A DNA stretch of 64,000 bases from Octopus vulgaris (GCA_951406725.2 OX597827.1:10106001-10170000); one strand, 5' to 3'; positions 13,998-27,152 are shown, counted from the first letter of the stretch. Notes: generated by a model from the sequence alone, not told the origin. Made by a program: numbers and translations.

Positions 13998-14399
13998 TTC
14001 TATCACTAGTTCTGGCAAAAACTAAAAGGCTCTGCTTCTCTGAGAAGCTCCAATGAACATATTTGAAATTGCCACTATGCTTTCCAGTGATGAGACGCAA
14101 TTAATATTATTTCTCAAACTAAGGTGATGAGGTGGCAGAATTGTTAGCACACCGGGAAAAATGTTTAGCAGCACTTTTATCTATCCTAATGTTCTGAGTT
14201 CAAATTCCACTGAGGTTGACTTTGCCTTTTATGCTTTCCAAGTCAATAAAATGAGTACAAGTTGAACCCTAGGACTGATGTAATCCACTTGCCTGTTTCC
14301 CCAAATTTGCTGGCCTTGTGCCAAAATTTGAAATCAAGCAAGTATATTCATTTCACTTTATGCATAATAGTAATTTTATTTAATTAAAATTTATCTTTG

Positions 14400-14538
14400 C
14401 GTGGAGTGGTTGGCGTTAGGAAGGGCATCCAGCCGTAAAAACTCTGCCAGATCAGATTGGAGCCTGGAGCAGCCCCTGGCTTCCCAGACCCCGGTTGAAC
14501 TGTCCAACCCGTGCTAGCGTGGAAAACGGACGTTAAAC

Positions 14539-14570
<32 letters not shown>
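14400..14570 (+). mobile_element. RTE-type LINE 3' end (short)
   Basis: Shared 3' block and (GAT)n tail. Confidence 0.8.
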
Positions 14571-14571
<1 letters not shown>

Positions 14572-15009
14572 TCCCTTTTCCTTCATTAACTTAATGAATT
14601 CAGCTAACACTTTTTTCCTATCCAAAGTGCAGAGTTAGTTTAAATGGACTGAAATGTTTTTTTCTCACTACATTAAGTATAGTAGCATTTATGCAACTAT
14701 TTTATACAATTACTTCATTATAACTGTATCAAACAAGCCAAATACAGTTATAAGTTTCTAACAAATGCAATACTACATTCTAAATATTCTGTCTTTTAGC
14801 TAATTCTGTCTGTACTTGTTTTGATCGGAACATTGGAGATGCTCGTACCTGTGGCCAACTATTCTTTATATCTATATCTTTATCAAAAATAACCACCTTC
14901 ATTAATCCTGGCTAATTTAGTCTATGACAAAGTTTTGATTCTTGACGACAGCCATTTTACTCCACATATATTATATAATTATTGAAGTGGCTAAGATGCT
15001 TGGGCATAG

Positions 15010-15254
15010 ACAAAATACCTATTTCTTTACTACCCGCAAGGGGCTAGACACAGAGGGGACAAACGAGGACAAACAAATGGATTAAGTCGATTACATTGAA
15101 CCCCAGTGCGTAACTGGTACTTAATTTATCGACTCTGAAAGGATGAAAGGCAAAGTCGACCTTGGCGGAATTTGAACTCAGAACGTAATGGCAGACGAAA
15201 TATCGCTAAGCATTTTGGCCGGCATGCTAACGTTTCTGCCAGCTCACCGCCTTC
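15010..15254 (-). mobile_element. Family C SINE
   Basis: Matches 2893-3331. Further family C copies lie at about 3575-3787, 7758-7893, 11495-11700, 14141-14335, 27222-27357, 31840-32278, 35480-36010, 37300-37520, 38920-39120, 43139-43370, 47468-47680, 50588-50737 and 61269-61480. Confidence 0.8.
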
Positions 15255-16859
15255 TGCCATAGAACAAAATACTTTGCAGCATTTGTCAAATTCTGCTGAA
15301 GTCAATTTTTACTTACACACTTTTTATGTCAATAAAATAAGGTTCATGTTCAAAGCAGTGTATTAACAGAATTGTAAGAGTATAGAATTAAATTCCATGT
15401 GGTGTTTTGTCCATCTCTTTGCTTAGTGAGTTCTTCAGTAGTATACTAAATCTATCATCCATGTTAACATCTCCACTTGTCTATAGGTGTTTTTACTATA
15501 CTTCACTTTGTTGCAAATAATCAGGCTATATTTGTGGCTTGAGGGTAACCATAACCTTCCACCAACTAGTCCCAGAGATCTTGTAAAATAAATGGTCAAG
15601 GGCTCTATCATCCCCTTCCTGACTAAGCATTAAACAAATAAAATAAGAGAGACACAAATATACTACAATCATCATTTTCTTTCCTGTGTAAATACTATCA
15701 TTTTATGCCTCTGGTAAGATTCAACATTTCTTTACTTCAGTACAAAACCCCTGATGCATTCTATCTCAAATAATTTTATCTTCCAGCACTGTAATTCTCT
15801 GGAAGACAAATATTACATAATTAATCGAAATAATTTATAAACAACCTAATTTCCCATTTCACAGTGGAAATTCCAATTCATGGTTGAATATGAATAATTG
15901 ATAAACTACTGGATATTTGTAGGATGGGGGAACATGTTTCATCATCTTTGATATTTTTGGATGGATAAGTTTACAGTAGCATTGACCATAACTAAAAGCA
16001 TCCTGATATCAAAGCTAGATAGAGATCATATGTGAAGGCTGTGATAACCCTCTGTATTATTGCAAAAACAAAAAAAACAGCACTTGAATAAATTGATTTA
16101 ATTGATATTAACCATTTGCAGCATAGTAGTAAAGTTGTAAAAACAAATAAATTGTTGTTTCATTTATTTTTTTTTCATCTATGTTATAAAGATATTCAAT
16201 TCCGCCTCTCGTATGATGATATATTTCTCTAAACTGTTATATTTTGTTGCAAATGTAAATGAAGACATCTGAGGATGAGAGACATTTAAGATTCATATCA
16301 TTTATCTCACGATAAGTAATAAATGTCAAACATGTATTAGTGTGATATATCATGCAAAAGTACAGATAACCTTCATATTTCATAACTAATCTGAAGCTAT
16401 AAAAGGCTCAAAAGTAAGTGTAGGCTTGAATCTTCATCACTACAAAATGGCTGTGTTTTCTCTTCACACAAACTTAATGATATGAAAACATAGATAGATA
16501 TTGTAATACAATGTTATCACCTCTTTTCAACCTCTTGGAATATTAGAAAACTTTTCTAAAACAAAATCCCCTTAAAAAACAATAAATGCCTAGAGTTTAA
16601 AGCTATTCATTACTTTTAACGAATTATACTTATTTATTTTATTTTATTTTATTTTATTTTATTTTATTTTATTTATTTATTTGGTGAACAAAAGCATCAT
16701 TGATTGCAGGTTTCAAATGAACCAGTCATTAGTTGAGTATTTCTGACCATGAGTGTGATGAGGGAGTGTCTGTAAATCAGTGCAGAACAAAGATAGCGAA
16801 GGACTTCAAGTGTCACCAGTTTTTACTTTATTTATTTATTCGTTTATTTATATCTTTTT

Positions 16860-17088
16860 TCTTTTACTTGTTTGTCATTAGGCTGCAACCATGCTGGGGT
16901 AATGCCTTAAAGAACTTTTAGTTACATGAATTAACCCCAGGATCCTTTTTTTTTTTAAGACTGATACTTATTCTATCAGTCTCTTTTGCCAAACCACTAA
17001 GTTATGGGGATCTAAACACACCAACACTGGTTGTTAAGCAGTGATGGGGGACAAACACGGACACAAAGATACACACAACACACACACA

Positions 17089-17169
<81 letters not shown>

Positions 17170-17310
17170 TGGGCTTCTTTCGGTTTTCATCTACCAAATC
17201 GACTCACAAAACTTTGGTCAGCCCAAAACTTTAGTCAATAATACTTGCCCAAGTCGCCAAGCAGTGCAACAGAACCCAAAATTATGTGGTTGGGAAGCAA
17301 GCTTGCTACC
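16860..17310 (-). mobile_element. Family B SINE (degenerate)
   Basis: Family B tail, body, CA tract and head. Confidence 0.75.
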
Positions 17311-17651
17311 TATTTTTGTTTTTGTTCCTTATCACTGTTTATATCATTCACCAATGATATAAACGTTCACTAACGTTCATTGAATTTCAGATATTTTGTT
17401 CTTTGAATAGGTTCACATGCATTGGAAAAAAAAATCTAACAGCCTGCATGAGAGGCAAAATTTATTATCTATGAATACATCAAATCAGTTCAAACTGTTG
17501 CTTTTACAAATTTACTTCTACACTGCATATATTTGTATAATTAATTAACTTAAGTTTTTGCAATAATGAGATGATGGCACAGACCTCTAGAATGGTCTGT
17601 ACCTTTTATCTGCAAAGGATATATCCATAAACACACATACACACACACACA

Positions 17652-17687
<36 letters not shown>

Positions 17688-17945
17688 CTCACACACACAC
17701 ACACACACACACATGCATGTATAGGCACACCCACACACAAATGCATTCACTGAGGGTAAGTTTTAATAGAATTACAGGCTTCAGGCAAAGCAATGCCTTG
17801 GTGTATATTGTATTTACATTTTGATCCTGCATCAATTAGTATTGAGCCCTTCGGTCCATGAAGCCTTTAGGTAACTGCCCAGTGTGTGCATCCCTTTAGA
17901 TGGTTATGTTTGTATTAATGTCTGGGCAGACAGATGTTGGTTATG

Positions 17946-17976
<31 letters not shown>

Positions 17977-18144
17977 GTATCTATGTATGTGTATGTATGT
18001 ATGTATGTATGTATGTATGTATGTATGTATGTATGTATGTATGTATGTATGTATGTATGTATGTATGTATATCTCTCACTCTCTCTCACTATCTCTCTAT
18101 CTCTCTCTCTCTCTCTATAAATATATATGTGTGTGTGTGTATGT

Positions 18145-18398
18145 GGAGGCGCGTGGCTTAGTGGTTAGGGTATCAGCATCATGATCGTAAGATTGTGGTT
18201 TCGATTCCTGGACCGGGCGATGCATTGTGTTCTTGAGCAAAACACTTCATTTCCCGTTGCTCCAGTCCACTCAGCTGGCAAAAATGAGTAATGCTGCGAT
18301 GGACTGGTGTCCCATCCAGCTGGGGAACACATATGCCATAGAAACTGGGAAACCGGGCCCATGAGCCTGGTTAGGCTTTAAAAGGGCGCATTTATTAT
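18145..18398 (+). mobile_element. tRNA-headed SINE with V-domain-like centre (family E)
   Basis: A/B-box head, CORE-like TGTGTTCTTGAGCAAAACACTT, and GCGATGGACTGGTGTCCCATCCAG, recalled as V-SINE domain-like; related heads at about 8556-8640(+) and 35290-35362(-). Confidence 0.7.
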
Positions 18399-19184
18399 AG
18401 GCTTCGAATGATTTGTCTGTGTTCCGTGTTCGTCCCTTCCTGTATTTCACGTTCATTATATATAAAAACATTCATTCTTATATTATTGCGGCGTTACGTG
18501 CACCCCCCCGTTTGTTTGTCCAATTTTAAACCCTGCACGACTTCTATACACACTGTCTTTCCTACCCGCCATTGCTTCTTCACCAAACTTTTTGGCGCCC
18601 TCCGATTCTTCCCCCCTCTTCCTCCCATCCTCCTTAATCCCTTCTTTCTCCTTTTCTCTTGGTCACTGATTCTGTCCCCTGCCTTCCACCCTCCTTGATT
18701 CCCTCTCTCTCTGTCTCTCTTTCTCTCTCTCTCCTGCAACCTGCTGCTTCTTAAACCATTCTGTTGGCCATCGTATCTCGACCAACATGTGTCCCCGCTA
18801 CCGAAACGGTAATTATTTCTACGCCAGCTGCTATGTTGTTGTTTCTGTCTCATTTGGTCTAAAGTCGTATGACAACCACCGTTATATATATTTTTGTTTA
18901 TTCATTACTGTTTTCAATTTCGTTTTCGTCTCTTGTATTTACATCCGTCTTGTGCGTTCACATTCCTGTCTTCTACCAAGAAATCTAATGCTTACAGCTT
19001 AGTTTTTTTTTTTTTTTTTTCTTGGGGCTGGCCGAGTTGGAGCAAATATCAGAATTGAACAGCCGAAATTTGCTATGATGATTCGGTGTCTGACTGAAGA
19101 TTGAAGGCTTCGAATGATTTGTCTGTGTTCCGTGTTCGTCCCTTCCTGTATTTCACGTTCATTATATATAAAAACATTCATTCT

Positions 19185-19190
<6 letters not shown>
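18399..19190 (+). mobile_element. Non-autonomous element with ~85-bp terminal direct repeats (Penelope pseudo-LTR-like, family P3)
   Basis: 18399-18483 is repeated at about 19105-19190; CT-rich interior; followed by (TA)n; 19060-19130 resembles 26160-26230. Confidence 0.55.
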
Positions 19191-19215
<25 letters not shown>

Positions 19216-19606
19216 ATGTTAGAATGTATGTACACACACACATATACCTCAAAAGTAAATAGATACATCTCACTATACCATTTTTTCTGTGTGGACACTA
19301 CACATTAGTGTGATGCCCAGATTGGTTAAATCATAAGAAAACTGCATGAGAAATGTCTACTAAATACTAGATTAACTATTTAAATAAATCAAGTGACAAG
19401 AGATTATAATATAGGTTAAAGAGAGGAGGGGATGGAGAAGGCAATGTGAAAGACAGAAGAAATAGAGATTTGGGTAAAATAAAAATAATCTGTGAAAGTT
19501 GGGATGTTTGCTAAATATATGAAAAAATGATTTTAAATTTTGGCACAAGACCAATAATTTTAGGGTCTGGAGTAAGTCAATTAAATAAACTCCAGTGTTC
19601 CACAGT

Positions 19607-19854
19607 GTTGTGTCGACCTCCCAGACGATGAAGTAGGCTAGCCCAATACGTAGATATAGAGGAGAAGTCTAGACGTCAAGGATTTGAGTAGAGGTCATCT
19701 GAATGTGTGATATAACAATGGATTTCATCCTCATTGCCACTGTTATATCGCATGTTTGGATGACTTCTACTCAACTCCTCAACGTCTAGACTTCTCCCTC
19801 TATATGTACATATTGGGCTAGCCTACTTCATCGTTTGGGGGCGTCGACACAACA
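19607..19854. mobile_element. Fold-back MITE with TGT...ACA termini and 5-bp TSD (Ginger2/TDD-like)
   Basis: Inverted arms of about 110 bp (TGTTGTGTCGAC...GTCGACACAACA) flanked by CACAG on both sides, inside a family C SINE. Confidence 0.75.
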
Positions 19855-20049
19855 CACAGGTACTTAATTATCAACTCCAAAAGGATAAAAACAAAGCTGA
19901 CTTGAGTAGCATGAGAATTTAGAATGTTAAGAACTCGAAGAAATGTTGCTATGTATTTTGTACAGGGTGGTAACAACTCTGCCAGCTTACAGTCTTAACC
20001 CATTAACATTTAAACTGGCCATATTCAGCCCTAATATTCTATCTGTTTT

Positions 20050-20587
20050 TGTTATGTCGCACGTCCTAATGCCTTCTAGGCACAATGGCCCAGTGGTTAG
20101 GGCAGCGGACTCGTGGTCGTAGGATCACGGTTTCGATTCCCAGACCGGGCGTTGTGAGTGTTTATTGAGCGAAAACACCTACAAGCTCCACGAGGCTCCG
20201 GCAGGGGATGGTGGTGATCCCTGCTGTATTCTTTCACCACAACTTTCTCTCACTCTTACTTCCTGTTTCTGTTGTACCTGTATTTCAAAGGGCCGGCCTT
20301 GTCACTCTCTGTGTCACGCTGAATATCCCCGAGAACTACGTTAAGGGTACACGTGTCTGTGGAGTGCTCAACCACTTACACATTAATTTCACGAGCAGGC
20401 TGTTCCATTGATCGGATCAACCGGAACCCTCGTCGTCGGAACCAACGGACTGCAAAAGAGAAAAGATTCAATGCTACTCGACTACCCTACTCTCCACTGT
20501 TACTGTGTTCTCTGACGTCTAGGCATCTCCTTCTATATCTACGTATTGGGCTAGCCTACTTCATCGTCTGGGGGTGTCCACACAACA
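20050..20587. mobile_element. Second Ginger-like MITE, interrupted by a family A SINE
   Basis: TGTTATGTCG...CACACAACA flanked by GTTTT on both sides; right arm matches about 19780-19854. Confidence 0.65.
20078..20451 (+). mobile_element. Family A SINE
   Basis: Near-identical to 72-455. Confidence 0.85.
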
Positions 20588-20879
20588 GTTTTATATTCAA
20601 ACTGGCCACATTTAGCTTCTCACTACTGTCCTACAATGTCATTCTAAAAGTAAAACAGTCACATTACTGAAATCTCAAAGCAACAGGATAATGCCTGATT
20701 AATTCAAAGCAATATCAATAAATAAAGAATACAACAGTGAAATAAACCTGAAAAGTAAAGGGTTAAATGTATGAATAATCAAATATAAACACTGCATATA
20801 TTTGTATAATTAATTAACTTAAGTCTTTGCAATAATGAGATGATGGCACAGACCTCTAGAATGGTCTATACCTTTTATC

Positions 20880-21603
20880 AGGAGTGGCTGTGTGGTAAGC
20901 AGCTTGTCTACCAACCACATGGTTCCGGGTTCAGTCCCACTGCGTGGCACCTTGGGCAAGTGTCTTCTACTATAGCCTCGGGCTGACCAAAGCCTTGTGA
21001 GAGGATTTGGTAGACGGAAACTGAAAGAAGCCCGTCGTATATATGTATGTATATATATATGTGTGTCTGTGTTTGTCCCCCTAGCATTGCTTGACAACCG
21101 AAGCTGGTGTGTTTATGTCCGCGTTACTTAGCGGTTCGGCAAAAGAGACCGATAGAATAAGTACTGGGCTTACAAAAGAATAAGTCCTGGGGTCGAGTTG
21201 CTCGATTGAAGGTGGTGTGTTTATGTCCCCGTTACTTAGCGGTTCGGCAAAAGAGACCGATAGAATAAGTACTGGGCTTACAAAAGAATAAGTCCTGGGG
21301 TCGAGTTGCTCGATTGAAGCTGGTGTGTTTATGTCCGCGTTACTTAGCGGTTCGGCAAAAGAGACCGATAGAATAAGTACTGGGCTTACAAAAGAATAAG
21401 TCCTGGGGTCGAGTTGCTCGATTGAAGGTGGTGTGTTTATGTCCCCGTTACTTAGCGGTTCGGCAAAAGAGACCGATAGAATAAGTACTGGGCTTACAAA
21501 AGAATAAGTCCCGGGGTCGAGTTGCTCGATTAAAAGGCGGTGCTCCAGCATGGCCGCAGTCAAACGACTGAAACAAGTAAAAGAGTAAAAAGAGTAAAAG
21601 AGT
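20880..21603 (+). mobile_element. Family B (CORE-like) SINE with four internal 108-bp tandem units
   Basis: Head AGGAGTGGCTGTGTGGTAAG, CORE-like TGGCACCTTGGGCAAGTG, units starting at 21103/21211/21319/21427, (TAAAAGAG)n tail. Confidence 0.85.
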
Positions 21604-21904
21604 ATGTGACGGCCCCACCGCATGGTATAAACTGATTGACACATAGAAGGGTTGAAGTAGAAACATGACTGAGAGAGACTTGAGAGTGGCAAACGAGCAA
21701 AGATGAATACAAATAATGCTGTGCAAGAGAAATAAATTAGTGTGAGGAAATGAAGAGTGAAATGGAGAGAGAGAGGATAAGCAAAGTTTCATCAGTAGGT
21801 AAATAGATAGACAACCACGTATCACTATGTCAATCAGACATACTTATTGTTTTTCACTTAGATGATATCCCTGAATCAGTTTCTGTTTGCTACACTAAAT
21901 TCTT

Positions 21905-22586
21905 TTATCAGCCTTGTCTGGCACCTGTGTCGGTGGCACATAAAATCCGAGCGTGGCCGTCCGCCAGCCTTGTCTGGCACCTGTGTCGGTGGCACATAAA
22001 ATAAAAAAAAAAAACCATCCGAGCGTGGCCGTCCACCAGCCTCGTCTGGAACCTGTGTCGGTGGCACATAAAATAAAAAAAAAACTATCCGAGCGTCCTG
22101 CCAGCCTCGTCTGGCACCTGTGTCGGTGGCACATAAAATAAAAAAAAAAACCATCTGAGCATGGCCGTCCACCAGCCTCGTCTGGCACCTGTGTCGGTGG
22201 CACATAAAATAAAATAAAAAAAAAAAAACCATCCGAGCGTGGCCGTCCGCCAGCCTCGTCTGGCACCTGTGTCGGTGGCACATAAAAAACACCATCCGAG
22301 CGTGGCCGTTTGCCAGCCTCATCTGGCACCTGTGTCGGTGGCACATAAAAAACACCATCCGAGCGTGCCCGTTCGCCAGCCTCATCTGGCACCTGTGTCG
22401 GTGGCACATAAAATCACCCACTACTCTCGGAGTAGTTGGCGTTAGGAAGGGCATCCAGCTGTAGAAACACTGCCAGATCTGACTGGCCTGGTGCAGCCTT
22501 CGGGCTTCCCAGACCCCAGTTGAACCGTCCAACCCATGCTAGCATGGAAAGCGGACGTTAAACGATGATGATGATGATGATGATGA
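21905..22586 (+). mobile_element. RTE-type LINE 3' end with eight-unit tandem expansion
   Basis: Units of about 55-80 bp (CAGCCT.GTCTGGCACCTGTGTCGGTGGCACATAAAA...) followed by the standard 3' block and (GAT)n. Confidence 0.85.
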
Positions 22587-23139
22587 TTAATGATTGACTC
22601 AGTAATACTTCCCCAATTATTGTGAAGGATATGCTTTCCTGAGAAACTCACAAGATTGAAATATGCTTGGAGTTGTCTCTCATAACACAGCATATTTTCC
22701 TGTAACACTTCATGTATAATAGACCCTTTTTTTCCCACCAAAATCAAGACTATAGTTGAAGAGGGTATGGTGCATGGTATTTGGTGGCAAAGCATTTTCT
22801 TTGCTAAATTTATAAAGCAAAGAAACATAAATGATAAAATAAAGCTTTATCATTTAATCATTATATGTGAATTTACATAGGTGCAGGCATGGCTACGTGG
22901 TTAAAGAGTTTGCTTTCTAACAACATTATTTCGGATTCCATCCCATGCTATAACACCTTGTGCAAGTGTCTTCACTTAGAGCCCTGAGCCATATACATAT
23001 CTGTCCATCCATCCATACATTTGTGTGTGTGTGTGTGCGTGTGTGTGTGCGTGTGTGTGTGTGTGTGTATGTGTGTAATATATAACCATATGTGGATTGT
23101 TGGTGACTTTTATTCCTTCATCTTCCTTTTCTCTTGGAC

Positions 23140-23325
23140 TTTCTTCTGTTTGCCTTTTTTTCTTCAACTTTCCTCCATCTTCTGTTTCTGATGAGGAGCT
23201 TTGCTCAAGATGTAAAACTACCTTTCTTTCATTCCCTAAGCATCTGCTAATACTTTACATGTAGCACGTCCTCGAGTTGTTTTTTCTTGTTTGTTCTTTG
23301 TTTTTCTTTTTTGGATTTACTATAT
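23140..23325 (+). mobile_element. Penelope-like remnant, family P1
   Basis: GTTT-CTGATGA-GGAGCTTTGCTC-AAGA-TGTA-AAAC; 3' part matches the reverse complement of 4548-4640. Confidence 0.55.
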
Positions 23326-23329
23326 GTAA

Positions 23330-23693
23330 ATTGAAATCAAAATCTTTCAACATCAATGGAAATTGTAGCTGAGATACCAGTGCCGGTGGCATGTAAGATA
23401 CCAGTGCCGTTGCCTGCGCTGCCCCGACTGGCCTCCGTGCCGGTGACACGTAAAAAGCACCATCCGATCGTGGCCGTTTGCCAGCCTCATCTGGCACCTG
23501 TGCAGGTGGCACGTAAAAAGCACCCACTACACTCTCGGAGTGGTTGGCGTTAGGAAGGGCATCCAGTTGTAGAAACACTGCCAGATCAGACTGGGCCTGG
23601 CGCAGCCTTCTGGCTTCCCAGACCCCAGTTGAACCGTCCAACCCATGCTAGCATGGAAAACGGACGTTAAACGATGATGATGATGATGATGAT
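23330..23693 (+). mobile_element. RTE-type LINE 3' end
   Basis: Shared 3'UTR and (GAT)n tail. Confidence 0.8.
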
Positions 23694-24021
23694 GTATAGT
23701 TGAGGTGTATTCCATTAAGAACATATTAGAGTACAAAATATTCAGTGAAAACAATGTTTGGCCATAGGGAAATATTACCTAGCTTGGGAACATGTTGGGG
23801 TTGGCACAAGGAAGGACATCCATCTGTAGAAAATCTGCTCATTAAATTTCGTTTGATTCATGTATGTATGAGAAAATGGCCATTAAAATGACAATGATGC
23901 TGAAATTCTTTTATATAAAATATTTGAAATATTTTTTTATTTCGGATATTACACAATATAGAATACTGAAAAATAATGCATTAGATTTTAGTAGATTAAC
24001 TAGAACCCTAGAAAATTTGTG

Positions 24022-24410
24022 GCAGGAGTGGCTGTGTGGTAAGTAGCTTGCTTACCAACCACATGGTTCCGGGTTCAGTCCCACTGTGTTGCACCTTGGG
24101 CAAGTATCTTCTACTATAACCTCGGGCCGACCAAAGCCTTCTGAGTGGATTTGATAGACGGAAACTGAAAGAAGCCTGTCGTGTGTGTATATGTTTGTGA
24201 GTTTGTGTTTCTCCCCCTACCCACCAACATCGCTTGACAACCAATGCTGGTGTGTTTACATCCCGTAACTTAGCAGTTCGGCAAAATAGACCGATAGAAT
24301 AAGTACTAGGCTTACAAAAAATAAGTCCTGGGGTCTATTTGCTCGACTAAAGGCAGTGCTCCAGCATGGCCACAGTCAAACGACTGAAACAAGTAAAAGA
24401 GTAAAAGAGT
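24022..24410 (+). mobile_element. Family B SINE
   Basis: Full-length match to the family. Other copies at about 8805-8975, 24895-25275, 36040-36455, 53520-53925, 61670-61790(-) and 62408-62831(-). Confidence 0.85.
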
Positions 24411-26293
24411 ATATACAGTTATTTTCACTATAACCAAATGTTAAAAGAAGGTTACAAGTTACAACTGCTAAATAAGTTTTAAGACAATTTTTTTTTTCCC
24501 CTGAAATCGATATGTGTAATTTACTTAGTTGCATATTGTACTTGGTCCTTTATAGTATTTCTAGCTCGCTTTTTAATGTTCCATGAATCAAGTATCTTAA
24601 TAATAAATTACCTATTGTTATTTATGTCAGTGGAATCTCTGAAGTATAATATAAAAGAGTTACACTTAAAGTTTTAAAATGAGTAATCTACAACAATGAG
24701 AAATATTCAGAACATATTCTCCTCTACTATGACTCACGAGGAATTTACTCAGATTTAGAATTAAGCAGGAAACTAGGATTGAACCTGCTTTGTTTGTGAA
24801 TGTAAATGTTAAAAAACAAACCCAAAATATTATAGGAAAAATAGACCATAACCAGCATTCCGAAATATTTCATCATTTGTTTTTCTGTTATCTAAAAGTT
24901 TGCTTCTCAACCACTTGGTTCTGAGTTCAGTCCCACTGTGTGGTACCTTGAGTAAGTGTCTCTTACTATAAGCCTCAGGCCAACAAAAGCCTTGTGAGTG
25001 GATCTGGTTGACAGAAACTAAGAGAAGTCTGTCGTAGATATATAAATATCTGTGTGTGTGTCTTTGTGTCTGTGTTTGACCCCCACCACTGCTTCATGAC
25101 CACTGTTGGCGTGTTTATGTCCCTGTAACTTAGTAGTCTGACAAAAGAGACCAATAAAATAACTGCCAGATTAAAAAAAAAGTACTGGTGTTGATTATTT
25201 CAACTAAAATTCCTTGAGGTGGTGCCCCAGAGTGGCTGCAGTCTAATGACTGAAACAAGTCCAAAAGATAAAAAGACAAAAAGGTAAAATCCCTATATTA
25301 GAAGAATTGACATAAATATGACCTTTTGCAATTATTAAAAGAGTTAAAAAGAACACTAATATACCAGTCCCCAATATAGTAATCAGTCTCTCACAAAGTA
25401 AAGTTGTAGAATAACTAGAAAATGAAACAATAGTATTAGAAATAAATTCTTTCTAGAAGCTTGGCTCTACTTTAACAGGAGTATGAAATAGTGACAAGGG
25501 GAAATGAAGAAAAATATTGATAAATTTATGAAGTGATCTCTGTTGTTTGGGGTTAGTCTATTGCAGTGATTTATTTGACTCTCAAGACAGTAATTTCAAT
25601 ATAAATTGATATTTTCTACCATTTGCCAACTCTTTGTATAGAATTTCTATAATATTAATTGAAATTTCCATAATTCTATAGAAGATCTATCAAAGTTTAT
25701 TTATTTATGGTCATGAAAGGCAAAGTGACTTGATTTTGAAACTGAGAATGAATGGTTGTGTCGCTGAAATAAGAGCAAAGAGACTGTTTAGAGGTGTGTT
25801 TGCTGTAGGATGAAAGTTGTAGGTTAGTGTTTTATTTAGCTGTGTTCATAGATTGGAATTGTTGTCTCTTCAAGGTCATGTAAAATATGATTGAGTAAAG
25901 TCTAGGTTGACTTGACAAGATCGTATACATTAGCCAAATTATGCTCCTGATTTCTGCATTGGTTTATGTTGTTTGTTGGCATTGTGCAAAAATAGCTCTG
26001 CGGTCACAATGTCCAGTTGGGAAAGTCTCCAGAAACAACAGAATGTACAATGTTATTAGTGATGTATGTGAATTCTTTGATACATAGATGAGAATGTAGA
26101 AAACATTATACAGCTTATTAGCTTATTGTGGATGGTCAGATTGGATCAAGCTTGAGTATAACCAGCTGAAATTGCAAAGATAATCTGGAACTTGACTGAG
26201 GATAGAAAACTCTGAATGACTCGTCCTTGTTTTCTTTGTATCATCTGTCTGGATGTTTTACGTTCTTGTCCCATTTTAGTATTTTACATATAT

Positions 26294-26368
<75 letters not shown>

Positions 26369-26406
26369 CATACATATATATATATACATATACACACACA
26401 CACACA

Positions 26407-26437
<31 letters not shown>

Positions 26438-26509
26438 CATATGTATGTATATACTTATATATATATATGTATATGTATATATATACATGTTTATGTATAT
26501 ACATATCTA

Positions 26510-26552
<43 letters not shown>

Positions 26553-27009
26553 ATGTATATATGTATATACATCTTTACCTTATTTTATTTTCTACCAACT
26601 TCCGCCTTATCTATCCTACTAATGACATTAGCCTGTTATCTTAATGAAATATTTATATTTGTGTGTGTGTATATTGGCTAAGTTTTTAAACATAAATGAT
26701 ATGACATTTACAAGTACCAATCTAGAACAGAAAAACAGAGAACTAGTATTCCCATGGGACTCATGTGTCACATTTCTCATCTTGTCCTAAATCAGTGTGT
26801 ATAATTTCCCTACATCATATAATGTTTGCTGATTTTATATGTACTGCCATTAGTTTTGGATCTGAAAGGTGCTCAGAATGTCAGAACAGATGGAATGGTG
26901 CTAAGCATTTTGATTAGTGTGCTAACAATTTTTCCAGCTCAGTGTCTTGATAATAAAAAAATAATAACAATAATAATGATAATAATAACAATAATAATAA
27001 TAATAATAA

Positions 27010-27130
27010 ATGATCCCTGGCTTACCATCCCTGCAAGAAGTGCAAAAGATTGTCTTAACTGGTACATCACACGTATTGAGAAGAGCATTGTTGCTGTGAG
27101 AGCTGTTACTGCCCATGTATTTTAATTTAA
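27010..27130 (+). mobile_element. R4/Dong-type LINE extreme 3' fragment in (TAA)n
   Basis: Translates to IPGLPSLQEVQKIVLTGTSHVLRRALLL*, matching the LQK..L.GT..ILR terminus; TAA tracts on both sides. Confidence 0.7.
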
Positions 27131-27152
27131 CCTTAAAAAATAAAAAATAAAA

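Larger units (their letters stand above)
19995..20766. mobile_element. piggyBac-like MITE (TTAA-CCC...GGG-TTAA) with nested insertions
   Basis: TTAA at both ends; homologous in reverse to 53388-54013. Confidence 0.65.

Noticed and set aside
14770-14960. Short open frames on both strands in unique DNA (similarly 8347-8503 and 5810-5850)
   Set aside because: Splice signals are incomplete, frames close quickly, and no homology was recognised.
21909-22412. CRISPR-like repeat/spacer appearance (also 40617-42405 and 52299-52365)
   Set aside because: Intervening sequences are A-tracts or (AT)n rather than unique spacers, the context is eukaryotic, and there are no cas genes.
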